Shown here: positions 27,225 to 39,684 of the stretch, one piece after another
Numbering within the stretch: position 1 is the stretch's first letter
How the letters are laid out: every line of letters begins with the position of its first letter
NCBI GenBank assembly: GCA_964276515.1
Contig: OZ193909.1
Coordinates: forward strand, 16,802,001-16,866,000
DNA: 64,000 bases
Origin: Gordius albopunctatus
Lineage: Eukaryota
Reading direction: 5' to 3'
Position numbers and translations under genes: made by a program
Notes under the pieces: generated by a model
What the model saw: the letters and a program-made list of their open reading frames with translations, nothing else
What the model was told of the DNA's origin: nothing
Databases searched by the model: none

Positions 27225-28715
27225 CCAAGGCCCTAGAAGCCAGTCCTGCTTTATTGAATAAGTTAAATTAACTATTAGATGAATCGCACTTAAATAGATT
27301 TAATATTTAATTTACTTGAGCTTGCGATTTTTTAAAGCATATTATATAATAGATATGGACTTGAAAAGGTATGAGCTAAAGCAAAGCTGGTGTTAGGTAT
27401 ACCTGAAAAAACTATTTAGAAAAATATTTACTCTTAATATCCTAAATATTAAATGAAAATCTTCCTTGTTATTCAAAATCTAAAGCCGGAATTTCACTGC
27501 ATATAGTCTGGTCTCAAGGTTTAAATTCTCTCTCAATTTTGGCTCGATTTTTAAAATTCTCGTCTCCTTTAATCCCTAAAAACTAAAACTTTAACGCAGT
27601 CGAGAATTCTTTGCACCACTAACAGGTATAGTTCTTAATTCAAATAAATTAATGTTCAACCCCACCCCCGTACCAAAAGGTACAAAGCGAGCTAGCCTTT
27701 TTTAATGCAACCTATATGGCTACGGCATATTTTTTTTTATCTAGCATTCTTAAACTTGCTCTTAACCAAGCTCACACACCCCTCGGTCAAATTGTTGGGA
27801 CCCAGGTGATAGAGGGGCGCAGATTTACCGTACTAAATTCAAAGCACTTAAATCAAATTGCGAAATCCCATTGTCTTATTTCACATAGAGAACTTCTACT
27901 TTTTGCTAGTACACTTATGCACTATTGTCAAAATTTACTTAACAAGTAACCATCTACAGTGAGAAACACAGTCCGTTTTTAACTTTGAAAGATTATGAAG
28001 TCTCTTCTCCAATGACTCATGTCTCATGACAGGTCATCTTTTCAATATGGCAAGACATGAGTGGATTTAAGTTTGTACTCCCGAACCTATTTCTGTTTGT
28101 TGTCGACATTATTAATCATCATATTTACATATCTAAAATATGTATTAATGTCTGCCTTTTTTGCTAATCAATTTTTGAAACAGTGAACTCTTAAAATTAT
28201 TACTGTCTGTTTTTGAAAATGAACCACTAAAATCTTGTTTACAACTCCTGAGTAAGTTTTATGCAAAAGATCTATATAGGATGTCGGTTAAAATTATCAT
28301 AAATAATAACGAGACACTGCTATATCGTCCTACATGTATATAGTTTTCATATTAACACCCTAAAGATACCTCACATCCAACTCTCGCCAAAAAATAATTT
28401 ATTATAATAATGCAAGCCTTAGTAGCCAATAATTTTTAAACCTTCCATAGCTTTCAAAGTCCTATAAATTGTTCGTCAAAATCAGAGGTAGTAATTTAAA
28501 ACTTCCAATTTTGTCTTTCGCAATTTATCAATCACCCGTAAATATTTGTGCATAAAGATTTATAGTTTGGCGACTAGCAAACAAATTAATTTGGTAATTT
28601 ATTATAATGCTATTTATTAGTACTACACGTAATACTTTTACTAAATAACACTGAGCGCTTTACTATTGTATAATAAAATAATTTAAATTTATTTAGTCAT
28701 AATATCAGATTATTA

Positions 28716-31700
28716 ATGAGTTACAAGCCACCTACCCTAATTTCGTATGAAAATTCTTCAGAAGATGAAGATACTATAAAGGATAAAGCTGTCCATAGTT
28801 ATTATTCTCGTACAGTATTTGAAACCAATATTGATGAAAATAACATTTTACAAGTGACAAGCATTAATGAAAGTTCTTTGACAAATGATGTATGTACATC
28901 ACCTAGATCTCAAGCTTTAATTGATGGCAACATGTTTGAGAAAAGGATGTTTGATATTAATTTGAAATCATCAGAAAATCCTCTTACAAATGATTTTGAA
29001 TATACTGAAAATAATAATTCTGATATTAAAAGTTATGAAGAGATTATTACTCCAACCAAACATAAAAGTGCAAGTGTTTCATCAGAGAGAATAAAGTTTG
29101 ATATATCTGGTAAATAATATATTTTCCTTTGTATCGTATTAAATCTAATATTATATTTTGCTTAGATTCAGATAAAGAAAACAATGAAATCATCGATAAT
29201 CTTCAAAATACCACTAGTAAGTTTTAAAAGCATAACATATTTTAATAATAAAACTATTAAATAATATTATGCTATGTATAAATACATAAAACTCTACAAC
29301 TTTAAAAGCTTGTTATGTTAGGTATTTTTTTAATATCAAATAATTTGCCTTTCCTACCTAAATTATTAAATATTAACTTAAAAATTATCTTATCAATGAT
29401 TAACATTAGGTTGTCACTTTCTCATGATTTTTTATATGATCAAAAAATATTTATTGACCCCTCTAGGCTATGTTTGTTTAGATAAATTATCTTTAAAAAA
29501 GCTATTGACCTGGAATATTTTCCTGCATCAATTTTTATGGGCAAATCCTTTTAATTTTTTTGAGGATGTCCACATATATTTATGTTATATTTAAAACAAA
29601 AGGGCTTAATAACTAGATGTTTATGTTAAAAAAAACTTGACTCTTCCATAAAAGATTAAGAATGAGCCAAGGCTTTTAGTTGCCCTTTTTTATCAAAGTA
29701 CAAAGTAGGTAGCTATTTATATTTTGATTTCTGAAAATAACTTGTAACATTAGTTGACACTTGGAATTTCATAAATGAAACCTTTATAAAAATTCCTGGT
29801 TTTGATTATCGCGTGGGTAGAACGTAAGAAAAAGCCCTCCTCGAGGAAAAACGAAATGACTTCACTCAAGCGCCTCGTTTCTTACGGCGAGGGCGCAGGT
29901 GATACCACGATCCACGACGACGAAGACGAAGAAGAATCACCCTCAGGATCTTCTTCACCCCCCGACGACTCGTCACCACCCCCCGCCGCTGCCTCGCCTC
30001 TTCCCCTATCTCAACGCGATCGCATCTTAGCGAGCGCCGAACAACAGCTGATAGAATCAACGGAAATCCTCAAACACGAAGTACAAATGGCGAAATGCCG
30101 TAAAGAAATTGAGCTTTATTTATAAAAATGTGTTGTTTTTTATTAATAAAAATTCCAAAAAACATAGCAAATACATTATATATACGCCTTTCTTTTTTAA
30201 TTAAAATAACATGCTAAATACTTAATGGTTAATAAATATCCTTTCTTTTCCCATAGTTTTGCCTATAAATAGCTAATGCTAAGTTTTATTGATAGTTATT
30301 TTTAATATTTGGAATGATAGGCGGGTCTGATTTTTAATCGTTTAAGCCTCCAATGATATAAATGCAGTATAGCTGTTTGTTACACTTGGTGGTCAGTTTT
30401 TTTAAAGATTGGATTAGGCACCATGCCTGGCTATTTGAATATGTAAAATATTTTCAATCTTAGTGATAAAAAGTTTTGTATTTTAAAGATAAAGCCTATA
30501 CCTTTCTGACCCTATTTAAACTGTTTGTAACAGTAAAAATGAATAATTTTGGAGCTTGCAGTTGTTGAATAACATCTAATGGTTATCGTTAAATGCCTAC
30601 TGAATATTATTTCTACATTTATTTGACACTTGGCTAATATATTTGTGATGTATAAACCTAATTCTATAGTTTTAACTTTAATAAATTAAAATATTTCAAA
30701 TTTTATTCATTTTTAACCTTGTTGTTATAGGTGGAAGAAGTTGACCAAATTGAAGTTAACGAGATAAGGCCTCCGCCCCCTGCGCCATCCGTTGGCAGGA
30801 ATCGTGACACATCTGGCAATTGGTCCGATTACATTTTTGATGAAGACGAGGGGGATAACTTCGGTACATTTAAATCGATATCATTCTTAGCCTTAGAATA
30901 ATTTTGCAGGGACTTAATGATTAACTGTATAGGGGTATTGATAATGCGCCTTAATAATTGAATACTCTCAAGGAAATCTATACATATACATGATAATGCG
31001 TGCTACCTGAGAAAAAATGTCAAAAGAATGGAATAACATCATCAATTGCTTATTGATGAATCAATCAATTTACGTCTATAGATTTGCCGTTTTGGTAAAA
31101 GTAGTTTAAATTTTAACAACATAATAAAGGATTATTAATTATAACTATTTTAAAACTGTTTTGGCCATAACATAACTAATTTATTTTTACGCTAATATAT
31201 CGTCTGCTTTGTTAAGTTGTGCATGGTAGCCTTGTTTATGTTTGGTAGAACTATTAAATACCCTTATCCCATTGTAATGAGTTGTGCCATTTTATTCATT
31301 GCAAACGCGCTTAAGCAAATTTCTATCTAATAAAAGATGTATTTAGCTGATTTAGTTTTGTATAAAAAATGCTTGTTGGTGAAAAATGTTTATTAAATTT
31401 TTTATAATGGATTATTTCTATTACAATTTAAACAATGATAAGTTTAAATAATCAAACTCAATGATCAACAAAAATTTGATTCATAGAATTTTAAAATTAC
31501 GGATTGGACTTACGCTTAAAAAACTAATTTTGGATCGGTAATTTATTAATTACCTGTAAATTCTCATGTTTGATTAAACGTCAACACCTATTCCCTATAA
31601 ACAAAGGCGTGGGGGAGTTGGACAAAGGCGAGGGGGCCACGGAAGATGGAGTTTTTTCCCTTCAAACCGATGCCTCCACCGCTCTACACACATCAACCTC

Positions 31701-33156
31701 CGCCGTTTCAACTGGCGCTCAGCCCAAAGACCCAGCAGCCACAGGTTCAGAAATTTTGCTAGATCAATTCGGAAACCCCATAACTCAAGCGACCCTCACA
31801 AAAGCACCTCGAGTATTTTGGGACCCGCTCGGTCCGGTCTGGTCTTTAGCCGCGGGCCTACAGAAAATCTATGGCAACGACCCGACCTCCATCGAAAGGC
31901 CCGTAGACGAGTTGTTGTCCGAACCGCCAGGGCGCTGTTCCGAGGCGCTTCAAGCTAAATTTCGCACTTTTTACGAAAGAGCTGCACGAGAAGCCCGCTC
32001 CGACCCGAACGCCTTTAACGCTGTTGACGGCTCCGTTAATGCAGGTTTGTTAAACATTCCCTATTATTTTGAGTTAAAAACGCTAGATGTTAAAGTTTTT
32101 AATGACTGAAAACTTGGCGGGCCCTCTTACATCGTTATGACACTCTTACAGTTTTACTATTAAACAAACCAAATCTGTGCAAGTTATTTTGGAATTTTAT
32201 ATATAGATTCGGGTAATGTGTATTTAAATTGAAAAAAAATTCTCAAAATTTTCAATATAGCCTTTTTTTATATTTTTTTTGCAAATTTGTAGTGAAATGA
32301 ATCTTGTGATAATTTTAAACCAATAAGTTAATTGTATTGGGTTACCATAAACGATTAGTTGCCATATAATGATTCTTAAAATTAAGGTCGTCGATTTTGT
32401 GTTTGTCAAGTTTTCAGGGTGAAATAATTTTTGTAGATAAAAATAATTAACTTTATTTCGTTATCATAAAAACGGTTAGTTGCCCTATTCGACCTAAAAA
32501 ATCAACCTAAATCCCTTATTTAACGATGCCAGGCTCTTCGCTCGACATGAACGCGGTGATATGCGACAACAAAGCCTTTCGCAACCCGAGTATCTACGAA
32601 AAGTTGTTGCAGTACTGCGACATAGACGACAGCGGCACAAACGCTATTCCCGACCCAGCCTATTTTGCCTCCCCCACCCCGGGCGTCAAAAAGCGTGACG
32701 CTCCCGACTCCAAAGGCGGCATTTACAACGTCAAGCGTGCTACCGGGAAACGCTTGTGGGCGGCAGCTTCGTTTTACGAAGAGCTGGCGCGTGCCCAAAA
32801 GGCCGAGATGGAACGTTGGGAAAAGGAACGCACGATTCAACGCTCTGCCCTTAACGCTGCCGCTCCCACTTGCGCCACAGCCTCTTCCTCGGTCAGCCTG
32901 CCTACCATCAATAGCGCTCCACCCGTTACGGGCGCCCCCGTAATCGGCACTAGCGCCAGCGTTTCTATCCACGAGCGCTCTAGCGTCAAACTCGAATTTC
33001 GAAAGGTAACACACGGCTAATGCTCGCTAACCTGTCATTTTCAGTATTGCCATCAAACAACCATATTTATCTAGTAATTTATATTATAATTCCATTAGTG
33101 TCATGTGGTCGGAATGAAGGTTTATGTCCTTTTTTTTCTTTTAGGCGAATTCCTGA
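28716..33156 (+). CDS. SAP30BP: SAP30-binding protein / HCNGP-like (exons 28716-29109, 29166-29216, 29821-30080, 30731-30863, 31607-32044, 32533-33005, 33145-33156)
   Basis: EPPGRCSEALQAKF..FYER, DMN......FRNPSIYEKL.QYC.IDD.GTN, SFYEELARAQKAEMER and KLEF match the HCNGP domain. All junctions are GT-AG and phase-consistent. The last exon is uncertain. Confidence 0.85.
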
Positions 33157-33629
33157 CTAAATAATTGAGGCGACGTTAAATAATATAGGCGCAACCAGCT
33201 ATGCTTAATGTAAAATAATAATTAACATGACTTTAGCCTAATAAGTACTAGTTGCCTTGCAATAAATTTGTAATTGGCGCTAACGAATTTCGTCCACGAA
33301 TTATGAATACTTTGTGGAAGTAATTTATGGCGTTTATAACGTATTCGGTCTAAGTAAAACGAAATGAGAATCGTTATAATATTTTTTTTTATATAAATTG
33401 GATGCTTTGGTGATTTGCATAGACCATTTTAAACTTGGTCCTTGAAAGGCGATATTTTTTCGGGTTAATTCCATTTTGCAGAATTTTCCCTTTTAAAACC
33501 CATTCAAACTTAAAATCAACCAAAACTGATATTGAAATGAGAACAAAATTATAAATGCATTTAAAAAACGTTGGATCTTATGGTTTTGCAAAATATTTTT
33601 GATAAATAGATGCACTTTTTGGGGTTTGC

Positions 33630-35690
33630 ATGGGCCGGCCCGCAGGTCCAAGCCCGGCCCGCGGGCCGTGCCGGGCCTAAAATAGAGCAATCAAAAAGTG
33701 CGGGTCGGGCTTGGGCTTTGAAAAGTATAAAAATTGGAATTTATTTAACTATACTAACAAAAAAATTCACTAATTAGTTTAACAATATAAAAATTTAGTG
33801 CTGTAAGTGAACGCGTTCAAATTTTATGAACGCGTTCATGAACGGCGTTCTTTTATTTTTTGGTGAACTTTGAACGTGAACGCGTTCCTTTTTTGATGAA
33901 CGCGTTCGAATTTAACGTTCGTTCAATTTTAAAAACCCTTTTTTGTTTTTATTTATTTGAAAATTGATGTCAATCCAAATTTTTAACAAAAAAGTATTAT
34001 AATTTTTAATCAGCTGTTTTTACTGTTTCTTATACCAATTCCGAAATACTTTTAACATACTATAACGTGCAAAAGAAGATAAGATTAAAGTTAATTAGTT
34101 TGATATTATTAATTATAGTTTAATTTATAGGTTAATATGGACAATCATAATATTATATCGTCGTCATCTTCAGATTCTGAATATTCAAAATCAGCAGATG
34201 AATTGAAATTGCCATGGCCAAAATATGAAAAATATTTTTCACTCGTTTCATAAAAAAGATCAAATTCAATAATTAAAATGAACCTATAAAGAATAAACTT
34301 TTAGTGTTATTGAAACCCCTAGAATTGATAATGAATGAGCTGTCAATTCCGAGATATCATTTTTTGGCGAGGAAGGATGATATCTTGTCGCAATTTTTTG
34401 AAGCGAGGGACAAAACATTAAAAGTTTTAATAAATTTCCTCTGAAAAATTTGTTTATGAAGTATAATACTCCAATCCCCTCATCTTCCCCTGTGGAGCAG
34501 GTTTTTAGTATAGGTAATGCTGTATTAACTGCCAAGCGTTCCTGCTTATCAGAAGACAATTTTGAAAAACAATTATTATTAAAAATAAATAAGAAAATAG
34601 ATTATATTGATTTATAATTATATTGTCGAAATAAATACTATTATTGTTTATCATGGCTATTTATTGTATTAAAAAATATACGACATTTATTTATATTAAA
34701 TTAAACTTTAAAAAAATGTATCATAAAATTTTGAACGAACGTGAACGCGTTCCTTTTCTTTTTAGACGAACGTGAACGTGAACGCGTTCGATTTTTTTAC
34801 AAATGTTTACAGCACTAAAAATTTAATTTTCCGAACAACGATCTGGTGGAAATCATTATGTTAAAAATGATAAAATAATCAGTTTTTTATCTGGCAAAGA
34901 TTTATTGGAAAACTTGAAGACATTTCCATAAAACATATCATGCTATTAATTAATATGCTTTCACCTTATGAAAAGGCAAGTATCGAGTTAGAAGCGCATA
35001 AGACACCAACACTCTATAAAATATTATCCTTTTATAAAAAGCATCGCAAATTTGTTTCCAATGATGATCCTGTTGCCTTAAAGATCTACAAATTGAAGTC
35101 AAGAGCCCAAACTATGCTAATTTCAAAGTCAAATATCGATATTTATCGTAAAATATTAACCTTTCTAGTTTCTTAGTTTAGCTCGTTAGCTACCCGAATA
35201 TTGAAAAAGCTTCTAAAAAAACTATGTTAACAGATTTTGATGATTTAAGAAGATCGTGGCTCTTGAATAGATCTTCTTGCATAAGTCGTTCAACCTAAAG
35301 TGATCCAGCTTAGGTGGGCAACACTAAGGAGTTCATATTTTCTATTTGGGACGATGATGAAACGGGGAAAAAACCTGAAGATGCTAAGCTAGATGTAATT
35401 ATATGGTGGAAAGAACACCAACTTATGCTACCAAACTTAACAAAATTAGCTGGTCAGTTTTTGTCAATTCCAGCCAACAATTCTACGTGTGAACGCACAT
35501 TCAGTAAGGCAAGTCGCCTTATAGCACAGAGAAGAACGAAATTATTGCCTGATAAAATAGATGGTCTATTATTTTTAAATGACAATATTAAATTGTAATT
35601 TTTAATTAAAACCGATTTTATTTGCTATAGCTAAATTATTTTTTGAACAATACAAAATACTTTTTATAAAAATAAATAATTTTGAAACAA
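33630..35690 (+). mobile_element. Degenerate hAT transposon remnant
   Basis: gggccggcccg subterminal repeats at 33630-33717; broken transposase ORFs at 34940-35176 and 35314-35598 with the hAT dimerisation domain (WWK..Q..LP.L..LA...LSIPA....CERTFS.A......RR..L). Confidence 0.8.
33796..34817 (+). mobile_element. Nested internally deleted hAT element
   Basis: TIR tagtgctgtaa/ttacagcacta; gaacgcgttc repeats at both ends; TSD aaaatt (or aaaaattt); transposase C-terminus KYNTPIPSSSPVEQVFS..LSEDNFEKQLLLK at ~34430-34610. Confidence 0.8.
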
Positions 35691-35697
35691 CGTATAC

Positions 35698-38600
35698 GGG
35701 CTATTCCATGACATATCAAAACGGTTTCGGCCCACCATCTCAGATCGAGCTGATTTTTTGTGAGAATTTAGACCCTATAGGAAATAGTAATTTCTGAAAA
35801 TTTTAACCATTTTGGGCCAATACTTTTTAAGTTATGGACGCTAAAATGGCCAAAATCACGCTCGAGTGCGTTTTACAAATTTTACTATTATTGCCATAAT
35901 TTCAAAAGTATTGGTTCTAGCTTCGTAAATTTTATTGCATTTTAATCCTTATAAAATTCTCTACCAGAAAAATGTAACCTAAAACCTCAAACTTTTGTGG
36001 TTGAAGTTTTGTGGTTAAATTTGTGGAAAACCAAAAAAACTTACTTCGCCACCAGCTATAATCACCAAATTCACCATGGGGATTCCCCTATGTCCAAATA
36101 TCAAATTTCTAAAATAAAAAGTTTGGGGACGGCTATGAGGTGGTCAGGAAATCGAAAAAACACTAATAAATTAAATTAATTTATAGGTGGCGCTATAAAC
36201 AACTATTGCGAATCTGATATTTTAACTATACTTTATTATTAAAGGGCCACATAAAGATATATCTGATAAATAAACAAAGTTGGAATATAACCTTATGAAA
36301 AATTCTTAAATATTGACTTAATTAAAAACAAATTAAGGGAATTCGATATTACATTATGACTTTTTATCTAAATTATACAGGGTTAGATTACAATTGCTTG
36401 GTTTTTTATTGCCTTAAAAGATATAAAATCGCAGCTGGCACATCATCCTAGCTTTCTACAATTAAATGATTAAGGCCATATGTGCAACAACGCTATTAAT
36501 TAAAGCACAAAATCGATGTCCTATTAATTTTATTTGTTTCAACTGGCTATAATTTCATTAAATACTTTAATTTTGTGTCAATTAATTTCCATGCATAAAA
36601 CCACTTATTGTTGTAATCCATTTAAGACCCATAAAGGTAAAATCAAAGGAATAAGAAATGTTTCTAAATGGATGACCTTCTTAGATCCCAATGCGAAATT
36701 ATGTGACACATGTCGCAAATTAATTTATCAACGCCGGGATATTCCAAATATTAATCCGTCTGTTGATCCTTCTTTCTCCCCCCCAATAAATGAAATTATA
36801 GACAAAGCAGGACCATCTATTCAAGCCCTTAATACCTCATTATCTATGATTGCCGAATCGCCGATTAAAATGAAGAGATTCGTAGAAAAAAAATATCCAT
36901 CAAGAAAATTAGCAAAAATTAAAAAAAGCCTTGCCACAACCTTGGAAATCGTCGAGGAAAACAATCAATTATCGGTCGATTCTGAATTACTAGATAGTAT
37001 GAAATCTAGTTTTCATTCATTAAACAAAAGTAATAAATATCGGATTCTAACACTACTCCCCGATAGTTGGACGGCCCAAAAAATCAAGACAATTTTTAAT
37101 GTTTCATACTATATGGCAAGACGGGCGAAAAAATTGAAATTAGAAAAAGGAATTTTATCTACCCCAAATCTGCAGCCAGGTAAAACATTAAGCAGTTTTG
37201 AGATAGAATTAGTCGAGCAATTTTATTTATCAGATGATTTCTCCCGAGTAATGGCAGGAAAGAAAGATTTTATTTCTATGCTTGTTAATAAGAAGAAGAC
37301 TAAAGTGCAAAAACGATTAGTTTTATTAAATCTGAAAGAACTTTATTTACAATTTAAAGAAGCGAATCCCAGTGTTCAACTTGGCTTTTCAAAGTTTGCA
37401 GAGTTAAGGCCCAAAAATTGCATTTTAGCGGGAGTAAGTGGCAGTCACAATGTCTGTGTTTGCCAATACCATCAGAATGTCAAATTAATGATGATCGGAG
37501 CAAATTTTAATAAATTAACTAGCAATGACATGTACCCTCTCAAAACATATAAGGATATATTAGCAAAAATTATTTGTAATCCGCCTCTACCACTTTGTTA
37601 TTTAGGAAAGTGTTTACATTGTCCAGGTGTCATTAATATTAAACAACGAATATCAGAAATATTTAAATCGTCAGATATAGAATACATAAAATATAAACAA
37701 TGGCTAAGTGTAGATAGGACAACCCTAGAAAATTTAAATAAACATAGTGAAGATTTTCTAGAGGATTTTTGCGAGAAAATTGGTCATTTATTATATCATT
37801 CCTTTATAGCCGAACAACAAGCAATGTTTTTAAAAAATTTGAAGCTTAACTTAAATTGCTCTGAAGTAATAATTTTAAATGATTTTGCGGAAAACTATAG
37901 TTTTGTGGTGCAAGACGCGGTTCAGGCCTATCATTGGACCAATGTCCAGGCCACAATACATCCCTTTGTTGCTTACTATAAAAAGGGCGATGAATTGAAA
38001 TGTGCAACATTCATTATGATATCCGAATGTCTGCAGCATAATACTGCCAGCTATAGCGCATTTCAAAAACGTTTTATAAACTTTTTATTGCAAGAGCTAG
38101 ATTTTCAACCAAACAAATTTTACTATTTTTCAGATGGATCCGCCGCACAGTATAAAAATCGAAAAAATACAATCAATTTATGCCATCACATTGATGACCA
38201 CGGTATTAAAGCAGAATGGCATTTTTTTGCAACTTCCCATGGCAAAAGTCCTTGCGATGGTGCTGCTGGTACTCTGAAACGTTTGGCTTACAAGGCGAGT
38301 TTACAAAAACCATTTGAAAATCAGATAACACAGCCTTTCGAATTGTTTGAATGGGCAAAAAGAAGTTTAACAAACATAAGTTTTGGGTATATGTCAAATG
38401 ACGAGGTTAAACAAGAGGAATTGAGACTTGTTTCAAGGTTCAATCGGGCGAGACCTATAGCTGGAATGCAAAAATTACACGCGTTAATACCGATTGATAG
38501 AAAGAGTGTAAAAACAAAGACATATTCAAATTCGAATGAATATTTTAAGGAAGAAATTCAACGAGCGGATGAAATTGATTTGGCATACCTAAATGGTTAT

Positions 38601-39684
38601 GTGGCATGTAAATACCAGAGCAAATGGTGGTTAGCTCTGGTAGTTGGCAAGGATTTAATTAATGAAAATATTGTCGTCCACCTTTTACATCCCAATGGTC
38701 CATCCAAGTCATTTTTTTTCCCGCCAAAATTAGATAAAATAAACATTAAAAAATCGGATGTTATAATGACAATGTCTCCGTACACAATCACGGGACGTAG
38801 TTACACACTTTCTGCACAAGAAATGGATTTGGCTACTACGCAACTACATAAAATGTAGCTTGAGAAGCAATTTATTATTTATTATAATAAAGAATATTTA
38901 TACAATTTTTATTGAACATGAATTAGATAATAAAAATTATTTATTACGGTATATCTTTAACGAATGTTCGAAGACAAAGTTTACCCTAACCCTGTATAAT
39001 TTAGATAAAAAGTCATAATGTAATATCAAATTCCCTTAATTTGTTTTTAATTAAGTCAATATTTAAGAATTTTTCATAAGGTTATATTCCAACTTTGTTT
39101 ATTTATCAGATATATCTTTATGTGGCCCTTTAATAATAAAGTATAGTTAAAATATCAGATTCGCAATAGTTGTTTATAGCGCCACCTATAAATTAATTTA
39201 ATTTATTAGTGTTTTTTCGATTTCCTGACCACCTCATAGCCGTCCCCAAACTTTTTATTTTAGAAATTTGATATTTGGGCATAGGGGAATCCCCATGGTG
39301 AATTTGGTGATTATAGCTGGTGGCGAAGTAAGTTTTTTTGGTTTTCCACAAATTTAACCACAAAACTTTAACCACAAAAGTTTGAGGTTTTAGGTTACAT
39401 TTTTCTGGTAGAGAATTTTATAAGGATTAAAATGCAATAAAATTTACGAAGCTAGAACCAATACTTTTGAAATTATGGCAATAATAGTAAAATTTGTAAA
39501 ACGCACTCGAGCGTGATTTTGGCCATTTTAGCGTCCATAACTTAAAAAGTATTGGCCCAAAATGGTTAAAATTTTCAGAAATTACTATTTCCTATAGGGT
39601 CTAAATTCTCACAAAAAATCAGCTCGATCTGAGATGGTGGGCCGAAAATCGTCTTTTTTTTGACGAAACGACATGGAATGGCCC
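35698..39684 (+). mobile_element. Apparently intact Sola2-type DNA transposon with ~690-bp TIRs
   Basis: Termini GGGCTATTCCATG/CATGGAATGGCCC; TIRs 35698-36386 and 38986-39684 nearly identical; one uninterrupted transposase ORF between them. GRG termini and long TIRs fit Sola2. Confidence 0.85.
36591..38858 (+). CDS. Sola2-type DDD transposase (755 aa from the ATG at 36591)
   Basis: N-terminal CCNPF..H..LCDTC Zn motif; CVCQYHQN; catalytic-region motifs DFAENY, W...QATIHP, FSDGSAAQYKNR and HFFATSHGKSPCDG. Confidence 0.85.
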   Translation: MHKTTYCCNPFKTHKGKIKGIRNVSKWMTFLDPNAKLCDTCRKLIYQRRDIPNINPSVDPSFSPPINEIIDKAGPSIQALNTSLSMIAESPIKMKRFVEKKYPSRKLAKIKKSLATTLEIVEENNQLSVDSELLDSMKSSFHSLNKSNKYRILTLLPDSWTAQKIKTIFNVSYYMARRAKKLKLEKGILSTPNLQPGKTLSSFEIELVEQFYLSDDFSRVMAGKKDFISMLVNKKKTKVQKRLVLLNLKELYLQFKEANPSVQLGFSKFAELRPKNCILAGVSGSHNVCVCQYHQNVKLMMIGANFNKLTSNDMYPLKTYKDILAKIICNPPLPLCYLGKCLHCPGVINIKQRISEIFKSSDIEYIKYKQWLSVDRTTLENLNKHSEDFLEDFCEKIGHLLYHSFIAEQQAMFLKNLKLNLNCSEVIILNDFAENYSFVVQDAVQAYHWTNVQATIHPFVAYYKKGDELKCATFIMISECLQHNTASYSAFQKRFINFLLQELDFQPNKFYYFSDGSAAQYKNRKNTINLCHHIDDHGIKAEWHFFATSHGKSPCDGAAGTLKRLAYKASLQKPFENQITQPFELFEWAKRSLTNISFGYMSNDEVKQEELRLVSRFNRARPIAGMQKLHALIPIDRKSVKTKTYSNSNEYFKEEIQRADEIDLAYLNGYVACKYQSKWWLALVVGKDLINENIVVHLLHPNGPSKSFFFPPKLDKINIKKSDVIMTMSPYTITGRSYTLSAQEMDLATTQLHKM

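Noticed and set aside
32520..33014. Antisense and alternate-frame ORFs over GC-rich exons (also 29866-30060, 42644-42892, 43498-43782, 4956-5153)
   Set aside because: Shadows of real SAP30BP and Ctr exons.
35997..36179. Twin 60-aa ORFs at 35997-36179 (+) and 39193-39375 (-)
   Set aside because: Mirror images produced by the Sola2 TIRs; no coding evidence.
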